A DNA stretch of 64,000 bases, taken from the NCBI GenBank assembly GCA_964497185.1, contig CAZCBX010000001.1:231519-295518 (forward strand), in the 5' to 3' direction. The translations under genes were made by a program, and so were the position numbers. The stretch comes from an uncultured Bdellovibrionales bacterium. Lineage in GTDB: Bacteria; Bdellovibrionota_G; JALEGL01; JAGRMV01. Of this stretch, positions 20,401-31,164 are shown one piece after another (the first letter of the stretch is position 1; every line of letters starts with the position of its first letter). The notes beneath the pieces are model-generated. The model was given only the letters and a program-made list of their open reading frames with translations, did no database searches and was not told the origin of the DNA.

Positions 20401-20964
20401 AGCGTCGGTTGTAGCGCTTTCTTTAGAACTTTCTTTAGGTGTATGATCCGCAAAGTACGCAGAGATGTATTTTTCGTAACTCACTTTGTATACAGGGTGG
20501 ACCTTGGCCATTTCTTTCAACGGAATAAAATCCAACGCTGCAGCGTTGATGCAGTAGCGCAAGCCTGTTGTGTCTTTGGGCCCATCTTTAAAAACGTGGC
20601 CCAAGTGCGTGCCATCCACGCTGTGGATTTCGGTGCGCGGGCTGAAAAATAGTTTTTTGTCTTCCTTGGTGTCTACAAATTTTTGATCAATGACATCGTA
20701 AAAACTGGGCCAACCCGTACCGGAATCGTATTTATGAACTGAGGCAAAAAGAGGACGCCCCGTGACTTTGTCGACGTAAATGCCCTGCGCTTTGTTGGCG
20801 TGCATATCGCTGGAAAAGGCGCGTTCGGTGCCTTCTTTTTGGGTTACTTTTTTCTCCAGCGGGGTTAGTTTTTCAATTCTTTTTTCTTTGTCGACTTGTA
20901 CGGTGAAACTCATAAGCCATCCTATACATAAAATCAATAACGGTGAATAGATATTCTTCATCAA
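20395..20964 (-). CDS. msrB: peptide-methionine (R)-S-oxide reductase MsrB, secreted/membrane-anchored
   Basis: An N-terminal hydrophobic segment, the GTGWPSF motif and the catalytic RYCINAAAL motif. Confidence 0.8.
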   Translation of the reverse strand: MMKNIYSPLLILCIGWLMSFTVQVDKEKRIEKLTPLEKKVTQKEGTERAFSSDMHANKAQGIYVDKVTGRPLFASVHKYDSGTGWPSFYDVIDQKFVDTKEDKKLFFSPRTEIHSVDGTHLGHVFKDGPKDTTGLRYCINAAALDFIPLKEMAKVHPVYKVSYEKYISAYFADHTPKESSKESATTDAK

Positions 20965-20979
20965 AGTCCCTATAAAGAG

Positions 20980-21414
20980 CTAGATGGAAATGTGCGGTGG
21001 AATGAAGTCCGGAAATTCTTCATCGTAATCCACATCAAAACCATAGGGGTCACTGTATGGATCATGCTCGCCGGGTATTTTCCATGCGGTGGGCAGAGAT
21101 CGAACAAAACGAATGCCCAACTCAAACAAAGGTTCCATGGCAGCATTGGTGACTTTCATGGGCTTTTTCCAAACCACTTGACCTTGCATGCGCAATGGCT
21201 GCTGACCTGGGGCCAGTGTGACCTCTACAAAGATCATATCCGAGACGTGAAATTGCTTTGCGGTCTCCACCGATACACCTTTGGAACTTAAATTGGTGCA
21301 AATGGAAGAGTCGTCTTCGTGGTGTGCAAGTATGACAGGTAATTGAACAGGGAAGCGAGGAATTCGTCTTTTTTCAAAGTTTTCATTGGTAGCCTGGCTT
21401 CGATGTGATGCCAT
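20980..21414 (-). CDS. PilZ-domain protein (c-di-GMP binding)
   Basis: An RRIPRFP (RxxxR) motif followed by an NLSSKGVSV ((D/N)xSxxG) motif. Confidence 0.55.
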   Translation of the reverse strand: MASHRSQATNENFEKRRIPRFPVQLPVILAHHEDDSSICTNLSSKGVSVETAKQFHVSDMIFVEVTLAPGQQPLRMQGQVVWKKPMKVTNAAMEPLFELGIRFVRSLPTAWKIPGEHDPYSDPYGFDVDYDEEFPDFIPPHISI

Positions 21415-21691
21415 ACGACACCTCCTTCACATTTCAAGAATCAATGGTCTGTGTATACGCACTTGTCCAAGCCGGCGCCCTGGTGCCCGACTTAATAAAC
21501 ATCCTATAACATAATTGCGTTAAAATGAGCAAGGCAATTTAACGTATGTTACAATATATGGCATGTGTCTCGAACATTGACCCCACATTGGATATGCAAT
21601 AAGTGTAATTTTTTACCAGCACAGGTTGGGTCAACCACGCTGAAAAAATCACCTGCTTGCAGAAGGAAACACAAGAAATAAAATTATCGAT

Positions 21692-22363
21692 ATGGACGCA
21701 TTGGTCATCATTGTACTGGTTGTTTTTTTTGTCCTGGGGCTGTTTAAAGGCGTGCTTCACCAGCTGGCCACGATTCTGGGTTTGCTCTGTGCGTTTATTT
21801 TTGCTGGCTCCTTGAGTCCTGTCACCACCCATTTGTTGTCAGGAATTTTGGGTTCAACCGTGACGGTTTCAGAGTTGATCGCCCCCATCATTACCGGTGT
21901 ATTGATCTTTTTTACTGTGCGTTTGATCGGCATTGGTTTAGAAAAAATTTTTATCAGCAAGGTGCATGCCCTTAAAGGAATCAATATTTTGGGCGGTGGT
22001 TTTTTAGCCTTGATCAAAGGGCTGATGTTGTGGATTTTAATTTTCTTTTTTATTCATCTGGTGCCCCCTTCGTTTATTGCTTCCTGGATGCCCAAACTTT
22101 TTGAAAGCACCAGTTACCAACGTTCTCTCAAACACAATCCGCTGGGTTCGAAAGATGTGATTGCGCGTTTTCAAACCTACCGAAAAACACGCAAGCTTGA
22201 AAAAAAATACGAAGCCCAGCAAAAAAACCTGCAAGAACCCGACGCGCCCCAAAAAAGCATGCAAGATGTATTGATGGACTATCTTTTGGAACAAGCCATG
22301 AGCGATCCAGAAAAACTACTGGAAATGATGCAAGAGTCCAACAAAGACAATCCGGATTCATAA
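21692..22363 (+). CDS. cvpA: CvpA-family membrane protein
   Basis: The N-terminal four-TM region matches the CvpA pattern (VDALVIIVLV...LFKGV...LLCAFIFAG). The C-terminal tail is hydrophilic. Confidence 0.65.
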   Translation: MDALVIIVLVVFFVLGLFKGVLHQLATILGLLCAFIFAGSLSPVTTHLLSGILGSTVTVSELIAPIITGVLIFFTVRLIGIGLEKIFISKVHALKGINILGGGFLALIKGLMLWILIFFFIHLVPPSFIASWMPKLFESTSYQRSLKHNPLGSKDVIARFQTYRKTRKLEKKYEAQQKNLQEPDAPQKSMQDVLMDYLLEQAMSDPEKLLEMMQESNKDNPDS

Positions 22364-22435
22364 GGCCTGGGCGCCGGGGCCATTAACCTGAACAGTTTCC
22401 TTGGTATCGACAAGCGTTCGACCAACAATAATCCA

Positions 22436-22933
22436 TTAAGGTGTGGCCACACCTTTTTTCTTTTGTCGTTTGATTTCGTAGGCCAGCTCTTGCATTAAGC
22501 CACGTACTTCATCTTGAAACTGGTTGTTGGGATGATCTTGTAAAAACTGTTTCCATAACAACCATTGATCGGTTTTGGAGAGATTTTTTGCGCGAATGTA
22601 TTCTTTGGCTTTAAACAATATTTCAGCATCCGATATTTTGGGCTTGTCTGAGTCCAACTCGCTGCCCATCAGCGATTTGATTTGGCGCATGTTGGCTTCA
22701 ATTTCTTCACGGAAGGTAGAGTCTGGGTGTTGCACCAAAAAATTTTTCCATAGGGCTTGTTGTTCCACCAGGCTCAAACGGGTGGCTTCTTCCACTGCCT
22801 CTAGGTACAATTTGGCGTCACGAAAAGTAAGGGTTTCTTGTTTGTTGGCGTTTAGCGGGTCGGCATAAACGCCGGTCCACAGCAACACTCCTAAAAAAAT
22901 GGACAATAGTCGTTTGGCTCGCATGGCTAGCAT
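22436..22933 (-). CDS. secreted hypothetical protein with two ~55-aa internal repeats
   Basis: It has a signal peptide. The repeats share LWKxFLxxHPxxxFxxEV and are helical and TPR-like. Confidence 0.4.
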   Translation of the reverse strand: MLAMRAKRLLSIFLGVLLWTGVYADPLNANKQETLTFRDAKLYLEAVEEATRLSLVEQQALWKNFLVQHPDSTFREEIEANMRQIKSLMGSELDSDKPKISDAEILFKAKEYIRAKNLSKTDQWLLWKQFLQDHPNNQFQDEVRGLMQELAYEIKRQKKKGVATP

Positions 22934-23169
22934 CGTACGATTGTATCACAAAAAAATCATTGATTTTTTGATATTTTTCGGATTAAAAGGAGATATCTGA
23001 CCTTGGCAGCCTGCTCAAATCGCTCTTGATTCAAGAATACATTTACACGCTGTCAAAACAATATCCAGAAACTACATAGTCAATGCGCTTACGTCGCCCA
23101 CCCTTCCTTTGCTGAAGCATTGGGAAGAGATGTCGAAAAAGCCCCATTTTTACAAAAAGGTATAAAGGA

Positions 23170-24417
23170 ATGAACTTATCCGAATTAAAAAACAAAAAAA
23201 TCGCTCAATTGGGCCAACTGGCCAAAGACATGGATGTCGAAAATTTTGGTGGTCTGCGCAAGCAAGAGCTTATTTTTGCCATTTTAGAAAAAGCCGCTGA
23301 AGAAGATCACGATATTTTGGCCGACGGCGTACTGGAAATTTTGCCGGATGGCTTTGGTTTTCTACGCAGCGCGGACTACAACTATCACGCAGGACCCGAT
23401 GACATTTATGTATCGCCCGGTCAAATTCGCAAGCTGGGCTTGCGCACCGGTGATTCCATTTCGGGCAAAATTCGTCCCCCCAAAGATTCCGAACGGTATT
23501 TTGCGTTGTTAAGCGTTGACCAAGTCAACATGGACGAACCCAACAAGGCCAAAGAAAAAATCCTTTTTGATAACCTGCGCCCCGTTTATCCAGACGAACA
23601 GCTCAAGATGGAAGCCTTCCCCAAAGAATACTCCACACGCATCATGGATTTGCTTTGCCCCATTGGTAAAGGACAGCGTGGTTTGATTGTGGCGCCGCCG
23701 CGTTCAGGTAAAACGGTTTTGTTGCAGAACATGGCCAAGTCCATCGCCAAAAATCACCCAGAAGTGGTGCTGATTGTTTTGCTCATTGATGAGCGGCCCG
23801 AAGAAGTCACCGATATGCAAAAAATTGTCAAGGGCGAGGTGGTGAGTTCCACGTTTGATGAGCCAGCACAACGGCATGTACAAGTGGCGGAAATGGTCAT
23901 CGAAAAAGCCAAACGTCTGGTTGAACATGGCAAAGACGTGGTCATTCTGCTTGATTCGATTACGCGTTTGGGGCGCGCATACAATACCGTTGTCCCCGCA
24001 TCGGGCAAAATTTTATCGGGTGGGGTGGACGCCAACGCGCTTCATCGCCCCAAACGTTTTTTTGGTGCAGCTCGAAACATCGAAGAGGGCGGCAGTTTAA
24101 CCATCATGGCCACCGCGCTGATTGAAACAAACTCGCGCATGGACGAAGTTATTTTTGAAGAGTTTAAAGGCACAGGCAACATGGAAATCGTGCTCGATCG
24201 AAAAATTTCGGATCGTCGCATTTACCCAGCCATCGACATCAACAAGTCTGGTACGCGAAAAGAAGAGTTGCTATTGGATGAAAGCGTGCTCAACCGCGTG
24301 TGGATTTTGCGCAAATTGCTGCAGCCACTCAACGGCATTGATGCCATTGAATTTTTGGTGGATAAACTCAAAAAAACCAACACCAATGAAGATTTTCTCA
24401 ACAGCATGAATAAATAA
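23170..24417 (+). CDS. rho: transcription termination factor Rho
   Basis: An N-terminal RNA-binding domain (FGFLR), Walker A PPRSGKT, and conserved Q- and R-loops. A ~235-nt leader lies upstream. Confidence 0.9.
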   Translation: MNLSELKNKKIAQLGQLAKDMDVENFGGLRKQELIFAILEKAAEEDHDILADGVLEILPDGFGFLRSADYNYHAGPDDIYVSPGQIRKLGLRTGDSISGKIRPPKDSERYFALLSVDQVNMDEPNKAKEKILFDNLRPVYPDEQLKMEAFPKEYSTRIMDLLCPIGKGQRGLIVAPPRSGKTVLLQNMAKSIAKNHPEVVLIVLLIDERPEEVTDMQKIVKGEVVSSTFDEPAQRHVQVAEMVIEKAKRLVEHGKDVVILLDSITRLGRAYNTVVPASGKILSGGVDANALHRPKRFFGAARNIEEGGSLTIMATALIETNSRMDEVIFEEFKGTGNMEIVLDRKISDRRIYPAIDINKSGTRKEELLLDESVLNRVWILRKLLQPLNGIDAIEFLVDKLKKTNTNEDFLNSMNK

Positions 24418-24550
24418 AAGCCGGAATCCATGCGGTCATTTCGCATGCAGGGAGGATTATTTTTCTCTTTTTTTATGCAGGCGTTATGTGCTATGTTATG
24501 AATATATAAGCAATATTCTTTATTAGACTTCACCTCTTAAGGACGGCCGT

Positions 24551-24892
24551 ATGACCAAATCGGATTTGATTGAAAATCTCTCTCTGGAAGCCAAGCTTCC
24601 CAAAAAACAGGCCGAAATGATTGTGCATCTTATTTTTGATTCAATGATCGAAGCCATGCGTGCGGGTGACCGAATTGAGATTCGCGGTTTTGGTAGTTTT
24701 AAAGTCAAAGAATACAAGCCTTACACTGGACGCAATCCCAAAACAGGCGAACAGGTGCCGGTTGAAGAAAAAAAGCTCCCATTTTTTAAAGTGGGCAAAG
24801 AGCTTAAAGAGCGCGTCAACAATGGTCCACAGGCCACACCAGAAGTAGAAGCGGCCAACGCGTCCAACTCAGACAACGACGACGATCACTAA
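24551..24892 (+). CDS. ihfB: HU/IHF-family DNA-binding protein, IHF-beta-like with acidic C-terminal tail
   Basis: MTKSDLIENL, RIEIRGFGSF and RNPKTGE closely mirror IHF beta. It carries an extra D/E/S-rich tail. Confidence 0.65.
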   Translation: MTKSDLIENLSLEAKLPKKQAEMIVHLIFDSMIEAMRAGDRIEIRGFGSFKVKEYKPYTGRNPKTGEQVPVEEKKLPFFKVGKELKERVNNGPQATPEVEAANASNSDNDDDH

Positions 24893-24997
24893 CCAAAAAA
24901 CAAAACGCTAAACGCTTTAGAAACCTAGCCAAAATAGAAAAGATGCGGTTTCACCCCAATAATCTCTGAGAAAAAGTCCGACTCTCAAAATTACTCA

Positions 24998-25068
24998 GTC
25001 GGTGTAGTGGCTAGAAGGCAAGTAAAGCGCAGCGAAGCGAGCCATTGCCTTCTAGCCACTACACCGAC
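24998..25068. terminator. large perfect hairpin (23-24-bp stem, 23-25-nt loop) between convergent ihfB-like and M48-peptidase genes; probable bidirectional terminator
   Basis: gtcggtgtagtggctagaaggca at 24998-25020 is the exact reverse complement of 25046-25068. An a:t pair (25021/25045) extends the stem by 1 bp. Confidence 0.55.
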
Positions 25069-25113
25069 CCTACGGTTTTACCCACTTTTGTAGAAACTTC
25101 TACGATGTACCAT

Positions 25114-27036
25114 TTAGGGTTGCACGGGCTGGCCCAGGCTATCGGATAGCGCGCGAAAAAGCTCATACTCTTCCCACGAGACCTTTTGGTCTCTTTGAAT
25201 GATTTTCTTGCAAGCCTGAATAAACTGAATCCGAACTGGACGGGCCGCATTTTCCAAAACATCGTGGGCCTGATCGATGTCGTCCATTTTTAAGGCCTCC
25301 GGCTGCATAATGGCCATATCGGCCCAGCCCAACACTTCCATGCCTTGTCTAAAAGCAAGCGCAGCCAGTCTGGTGTCTTCTTCTCCAGCATGAGCCACCG
25401 CAGAGCCAAGAACGCGTATTTCCTGCTTGATGGAATCCAAGTCTTTGGCGCCCTGGGCTTTTTGACGTGGATAATGATGGTGGTGCAAATGAATGCGAAT
25501 CATTTTAATCAGCAGCCATTCATGCAAGCTGATGATGTTGTCTGCTTTGACTGCATTCATCATCAAACGCAGCCAAGCTTTGTATTCGCTCAAAGGCAGC
25601 TTGCGCAAGGCAGGCATGCACAAGTCAAAAATTTCGATGCGGTGGGCAGACACTTCTTTGGGAATCCAGTGTTGTAGGTCGTCCCATAAATGCAACGAAT
25701 ACGGATCGGCGTGGGCCAATAACTCACGTGTGGTTTGAAGCGCATCGGAGGTGGGTGTGGTCACCAAATACAAAAGCAAAAGCTTGGCTTTTTGGGGATG
25801 CTGGGTCATTTGGCGCAGTTTGGACCAAATGGGTGCCCAATCTTCTTTTTCGGCCAGCACGATAGGCAAAGGCAGGCTGGCAAATTGTCCCAGCTGGGGC
25901 CCAAACCCACCCTCCATGGGCGCAGACGGACTTTGGCCAAAAAGCACTTCTCTTTCTTGGGTATTCATTTGCCCAAGGTTGTCATGAGAAAGAAATTTTT
26001 CTTCAGCCGACATCTCCGGCGGCATCCACTGGGGTTCGATGGCTTGGATGCGCTTGACAATGGGCGGATGACTTTCCAAAAAGGGCAGGTGAAACATCGG
26101 AAAAGACTCGGGCGCAAACGTCATATGAGAGATTTCTTCGCTGTTGTGGTGGTAGAGATAGGACCGGGCGGTGCGATCATCATAAAAACCACCAATTTTT
26201 TTGAGTGCGCCGGCGATGCCGTTGGGATTTCGTGTGTACTGGACAGAGGAACTATCTGCCAAGTATTCACGTTGGCGCGCAATGCTAGATTGAATCACCT
26301 TGCCAATCAAAAAGCCCAAATACCCCACCACCCACAGGCCCAACCCAAGCATAACCGCATTGCCGCCCTTTTTGCCATGGCCTCGCCGTGAGCGGCGGGT
26401 GGTCGAACTGGAAAAAGAACCATGAATCAACAATCGGCCCAAAATGTGAATAAACAAGATCCCATGCAGCAATGAAATCATGCGAAGGTTAATGCGCATG
26501 TCACCATGAAGGATGTGGCTAAATTCGTGTCCCACCACGCCTTGAAGCTCATCTCTGGACAAGCGCTCGATGGTTCCGCGGGTTAACCCAATAACGGCAT
26601 TGTCCAAGTCCATTCCCGCAGCAAATGCATTGATGGCGTTTTCCTGACGAAGCAAATATACATCTGGCACAGGCACACCGCTGGCTAGGGCCATTTCCGC
26701 CACGACATTCAACGCGCGTTTTTCATAAAAGTCGCTGGTATTCAGAGGAATTTTTTCACCGCCCATCATTTGCGCGATGCTGTGTCCGCCTTTGCCCAGC
26801 TGGATGTGCTTGACCAGACTCGCGATACCCACCACCATCAGCGTGCCCAATAAAGTATACACAAACCAAGTGGGGTGCCACCACCTCCATGGACTTTCAG
26901 GGTGGTAAGGTCGATACACAAACAATAAAACCAGCACATACAGCACAAAGGTGAGAATGATTAAGCCGGCTGCAAACAAGGCAATGAAACGACGGGAATT
27001 TCTTTTATACTGATCCTGTTTTTCAAAGAAATTCAT
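25114..27036 (-). CDS. M48-family zinc metallopeptidase (HtpX-like) with a ~400-aa C-terminal extension
   Basis: Two N-terminal TM helices, an HEFSHILHGD zinc motif, and a downstream Glu-containing helix typical of M48. The C-terminal 400 aa is unrecognised. Confidence 0.75.
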   Translation of the reverse strand: MNFFEKQDQYKRNSRRFIALFAAGLIILTFVLYVLVLLFVYRPYHPESPWRWWHPTWFVYTLLGTLMVVGIASLVKHIQLGKGGHSIAQMMGGEKIPLNTSDFYEKRALNVVAEMALASGVPVPDVYLLRQENAINAFAAGMDLDNAVIGLTRGTIERLSRDELQGVVGHEFSHILHGDMRINLRMISLLHGILFIHILGRLLIHGSFSSSTTRRSRRGHGKKGGNAVMLGLGLWVVGYLGFLIGKVIQSSIARQREYLADSSSVQYTRNPNGIAGALKKIGGFYDDRTARSYLYHHNSEEISHMTFAPESFPMFHLPFLESHPPIVKRIQAIEPQWMPPEMSAEEKFLSHDNLGQMNTQEREVLFGQSPSAPMEGGFGPQLGQFASLPLPIVLAEKEDWAPIWSKLRQMTQHPQKAKLLLLYLVTTPTSDALQTTRELLAHADPYSLHLWDDLQHWIPKEVSAHRIEIFDLCMPALRKLPLSEYKAWLRLMMNAVKADNIISLHEWLLIKMIRIHLHHHHYPRQKAQGAKDLDSIKQEIRVLGSAVAHAGEEDTRLAALAFRQGMEVLGWADMAIMQPEALKMDDIDQAHDVLENAARPVRIQFIQACKKIIQRDQKVSWEEYELFRALSDSLGQPVQP

Positions 27037-27060
27037 GCCGTGCGGTCAAACGGGCCAATG

Positions 27061-27666
27061 CTATGACGCAAAAGAAACTTTGGGGGCTTTTTTGGTCTCT
27101 TCATTTTCGATGGTAAACAAGGCAGCCTCCTGAAATTGAAACATCGAAGCAAATACGTTGTTGGGAAAACGCTCTCGGGCCGTGTTGTAGATCATGACGC
27201 TGTCGTTGTACCCTTGTCGGGCAAAAGCAATTTTGTTCTCAGTGGTAGTAAGCTCTTCATTGAGCTGCATCACGCTGTCATTGGCTTTCAGCTCAGGGTA
27301 TTGCTCCACCACCATCATCAGTCGACCCAATGCCCCAGACAACATGCCCTCGGCTTGGGATAACTTGGACATGGCTTGCGCGTTGGCAGGGTTGGAGGCT
27401 GCTTGTGATTGGGCATTGACGGCGCTGCTTCGTGCTTGAATAACGGCTTGCAGCGTCTCTTTTTCATGGGCCATGTAGCCTTTGACGGTTTCAACCAGAT
27501 TCGGGATTAAATCATGGCGACGGGTAAGCTGTACATCAATTTGCGCAAAAGCATTTTTAAAGCGGTTGCGTAAAACCACCAGCCGGTTGTAAATACCAAC
27601 CACGGCCAATACCGCAAAAATAAGCACAATAACGACAACAATCAGGGTGATGGACAAAGCGCTCAT
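27061..27666 (-). CDS. lemA: LemA-family membrane protein
   Basis: An N-terminal TM helix followed by NRLVxLRNxxxNAFAQIDVQLxRRHDLIPNLV, the LemA signature. The start is ATG 27666, with GAAAGG upstream. Confidence 0.8.
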   Translation of the reverse strand: MSALSITLIVVVIVLIFAVLAVVGIYNRLVVLRNRFKNAFAQIDVQLTRRHDLIPNLVETVKGYMAHEKETLQAVIQARSSAVNAQSQAASNPANAQAMSKLSQAEGMLSGALGRLMMVVEQYPELKANDSVMQLNEELTTTENKIAFARQGYNDSVMIYNTARERFPNNVFASMFQFQEAALFTIENEETKKAPKVSFAS

Positions 27667-27971
27667 GGCAAACCTTTCTAACAAACCGCATAATAATGAG
27701 TTTTTTATGCACCAAAAATGGATCAATCAATATTTATTCAAAGATTATCCCATGACCGGCTTGGTACCCAAAGAAAAAACCGGCCTTTTTTAAAGCGTCG
27801 GAAATCAAAATAATGAAGAAAGCTTCGGCCAAAAGCAAATGGGAAACCCTCCACCAAGAAAAAAAACTTTCGCAATCTCAAAATAGCGGTAAAATGGTAC
27901 AATCATAAGGAGAATTGGTTGATATAGCCGCGCAATCAAGCGCACCGATTCAAATATATAAAAGGATTCGT

Positions 27972-28784
27972 ATGAAAAAGTTACATCTTACTGCCGCCTG
28001 TTTACTCGTCGCCTTGGCGGGTTGTTCCGATACTGTCAATGACCTTGAGCCCTACATCGAATACACCAGCCTCAATCTTGTTGAAGACGTTGCCAACGAT
28101 GGCAGCTTCAACGGCACCATTAGTGCAGAAGCTGTGGGCGTGGAGTTCAACGATTCTTTGGTGGAAGGCGAGGATTACGAATTTACAGGTGTGCCCTCCG
28201 GTGTCACCCCTGTTTTAACGTTGGTGGATGAGAACAACGCATCGATCGGCATTAGTGGCCAAGTGGCCAACCATGGCCGATGCGACTCCGAAGCGCTGGG
28301 GTTAACCTTCTTTCAAAGCGCATTTGCCGGCGGCGACCGCCCAGAAAACGCCAACGTATTGTTCGGCTTGTCCTTCCTACCCCCCTCTTCCACAGTCACC
28401 AACAAAACCCTGGGGGAAGAAGGCGCTGGCGGCATTGATGATGACCCACCAACCACACTTACACTCAATGACGCTGGTTTTTTTGCCTTTGCGGGAGAGC
28501 TGGAGCGAGGCGTAAACTATAGCCTTACGCTAAGCGGTGATTTAGAAGATCTACCTGGCACGCTCCAAGAAACATTGACCATTCTACCAGATTTGCAAAC
28601 CCTTGAAGTTACCTTTGATGGATTCGCCCCTGCCAACGATGCAGCGGATACTTTTGCTTTCGTTATCAACTTCTTGGATACTCAATTCTCAGAAGAGGGT
28701 AATACCCGATCGGTGTTTGCGTCTAATACCTTTTGCTTGGGACAAAAGCCTACCATCGGCATCACGGTTGAATTTGTAGATTAA
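27972..28784 (+). CDS. acidic secreted lipoprotein, hypothetical
   Basis: A LALAGC lipobox after the signal peptide. It is D/E/G-rich with no recognised domain. Confidence 0.5.
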   Translation: MKKLHLTAACLLVALAGCSDTVNDLEPYIEYTSLNLVEDVANDGSFNGTISAEAVGVEFNDSLVEGEDYEFTGVPSGVTPVLTLVDENNASIGISGQVANHGRCDSEALGLTFFQSAFAGGDRPENANVLFGLSFLPPSSTVTNKTLGEEGAGGIDDDPPTTLTLNDAGFFAFAGELERGVNYSLTLSGDLEDLPGTLQETLTILPDLQTLEVTFDGFAPANDAADTFAFVINFLDTQFSEEGNTRSVFASNTFCLGQKPTIGITVEFVD

Positions 28785-28884
28785 GACCAACGTTTTGCGC
28801 TGCTACTGTTTATTTGGCGATTTAAATTAATTCAATCGATTGTAAAGCTAATATCTTAAGTAATAGCTAAGGGCTTTTAACAAA

Positions 28885-31164
28885 CTAGTGGAAGTCTGAG
28901 ACATACTGTCTGAACGAATTTAGTATATCTTCATCTTCTGGATCGCGTGCTCGCCAAATATGCAGAGCGGCACCGCATTGATTTGCATCAATAAGGTATT
29001 CGTGATCAAGATCACGATGAATTAAAGAAACATTATCAATATTATCGAATGGAAGGTCAGCATTGGGTCGATTAAGTCGATTTAATGAAGTATAGGCATT
29101 TTCACCTTGCAAATCTTTTTGTTCCCAAATCATCATGATTGAACCGTTTTCTCTTAGTATCCCGTCCACAATGGTACTATAACCCAATTGTTCAGAAGTT
29201 ATTGATCTCTCGAATAAGTCTTCAGGCAATTTCCATGTGGACTCAACTTGCTCTACGAAAAATAAGTGAGATTTAATATTACTCGAATAGCTCTTTGCAT
29301 TGATGGCAATAACAGTTCTATCTGATTTTATGCCAATGAAAGGGAATCTAGAATACACAACTGAAGGCGCGATGTTTTCCAAATTTTGAAAAGGGTTTAT
29401 GCTGCTATATAGAGCACCTTCGTTTGCCCATGTTCCCATAGACCTTTCTAATAAATCAAGGCCCAAGTAACCATTGACGTCTCCTTCATGATAATCTGAA
29501 ATGATTAAAAGCTTGGCATTGCCCAATCCATCGGTTTGCAATATGGACTGTTGTGGCCCATCAACTTCAAACTTTCTATCACTGAGGGTGGTTGGATCAT
29601 CCCAAATGTTACTTTCATAATTCGATACCATTAAATAATTATCGGTGTCATTCGGGTTACCCGTTGGAACCTGAAACCAGTACACAAATGCTTTTCCAGT
29701 TTGGTCAACAGCCACGTCAAAGCTGCTGATTGAAATCAGTGACAAAAACGTATTGGTTACGTGATAATAATCAGTTCCAGAAATTGGAATATGAATCGAT
29801 TCAGGGGTTTTAAAATAATCAAAATCAAATACCATTCGATATAATTTTTTTCTAGAATTAATTCCTGTGTATTGTGCAACAACTACTCCGAAGCCTTGCG
29901 AGTTGAAATCTGATTTAAAAGAAATTGATCCTAAATCACCTAGTGGAGTAAAATCCTGGCGGTTCGACCATTCTTCACCATTGTAATAGCTATAGGATAA
30001 TTTGCGGTCAGTAAGATCGGCGAAGATTATCAAAGCACGATAATCATCGAAAACATGGACTTCGACCCGAACGTTATTGGTGGTCTGCAAGAGCAGTTTA
30101 AGGTCATCTCTTGGTATCTCTCGATACTGATCGAAAGTTTGAACGTAAAATTTAGATAGCCCCGTTTCTGCATTATTTTCATTAAATGCCAATACAGAAA
30201 ATCCGTTGGGGTGAGACGCTTTTTTATAATTGGTAATACCCTGATTTGATTCATATATTTCATCACTAGGAACAAAACTCTGGACACCTCCGTGTTGCGA
30301 TTTATGAATCGAGGAGTATAATTCTGAATAATCCTGAGAAGTCCACAAAATCTCCACATTTCTACCTTGGTCGTAGCTTATGGGGTGCAAATCCACTCTG
30401 GTGTATTCATCAAAGTTTTCTTTTTGGAAAAAGTCACTTTCATCCAACGGGTCTACCCAACTTGGAGCAGTACAGGTGAGTATGATGTCACTGACATTTT
30501 GTGAATTTATGATACCTATGCCATTTTCAAACCTACAGCATTTTCCTTGAGGGCTGCTAAGTGCTTGAATTTCATATTTATCACCGTTTTCTAATAAATG
30601 TCTAAACTGGAAAGTTGATTGCTGGTTATCAAGATTGATAACTTCATCAATGTTTGCAAGCTTTAATTGAACGCCTTGTGTGGTACCAATTGAGGTACCT
30701 GATATTTGATAACCTTTTCCAAATTGGATCCCCAGCGCATAATTAACTATTTCTTCTCTTAGTGCCTTTTTAGATGATGCTAGAAAAGCGTCTTCGAGAA
30801 ATTTCAGTGGCAAATTTCTTACGCTCATGCTCACGTGATGATCCACTGCATTTCCGATTAAGCGGACTTCAGCTGAGTTTCTAGAAAGTAGAACAATCTC
30901 CATTGTCAGTCCATCCGGCAGATTACCATTAAATTCGTAGTGTTTACCAATTTCCATCCGGTCACCGATTTCTAAATCTAGATTCCATGACCAATTTTTT
31001 AAAGATATTGCCTCTGGGCTAATGCGCCCCTCATTTTCGGGGTGAATTTCTTGCAGAATCAGCTCTGCACCAATTTTAGAATTCTCATTTGAATTTTTTG
31101 AGGAACAATCAACAGCTAATAAAGATACCAATAAAGTAATTAGAATATTTAGGGTGCGTTTCAT
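28885..31164 (-). CDS. large (759 aa) secreted/lipoprotein hypothetical protein encoded in an AT-rich segment
   Basis: A signal peptide, then LLAVDCSS. Codon usage is markedly AT-rich compared with its neighbours. No recognised catalytic motifs. Confidence 0.5.
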   Translation of the reverse strand: MKRTLNILITLLVSLLAVDCSSKNSNENSKIGAELILQEIHPENEGRISPEAISLKNWSWNLDLEIGDRMEIGKHYEFNGNLPDGLTMEIVLLSRNSAEVRLIGNAVDHHVSMSVRNLPLKFLEDAFLASSKKALREEIVNYALGIQFGKGYQISGTSIGTTQGVQLKLANIDEVINLDNQQSTFQFRHLLENGDKYEIQALSSPQGKCCRFENGIGIINSQNVSDIILTCTAPSWVDPLDESDFFQKENFDEYTRVDLHPISYDQGRNVEILWTSQDYSELYSSIHKSQHGGVQSFVPSDEIYESNQGITNYKKASHPNGFSVLAFNENNAETGLSKFYVQTFDQYREIPRDDLKLLLQTTNNVRVEVHVFDDYRALIIFADLTDRKLSYSYYNGEEWSNRQDFTPLGDLGSISFKSDFNSQGFGVVVAQYTGINSRKKLYRMVFDFDYFKTPESIHIPISGTDYYHVTNTFLSLISISSFDVAVDQTGKAFVYWFQVPTGNPNDTDNYLMVSNYESNIWDDPTTLSDRKFEVDGPQQSILQTDGLGNAKLLIISDYHEGDVNGYLGLDLLERSMGTWANEGALYSSINPFQNLENIAPSVVYSRFPFIGIKSDRTVIAINAKSYSSNIKSHLFFVEQVESTWKLPEDLFERSITSEQLGYSTIVDGILRENGSIMMIWEQKDLQGENAYTSLNRLNRPNADLPFDNIDNVSLIHRDLDHEYLIDANQCGAALHIWRARDPEDEDILNSFRQYVSDFH

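Noticed and set aside
21539-21832. A 97-aa minus-strand ORF in the pilZ-cvpA divergent intergenic region
   Set aside because: It overlaps the cvpA start and has low-complexity composition. More likely the region is a shared promoter.
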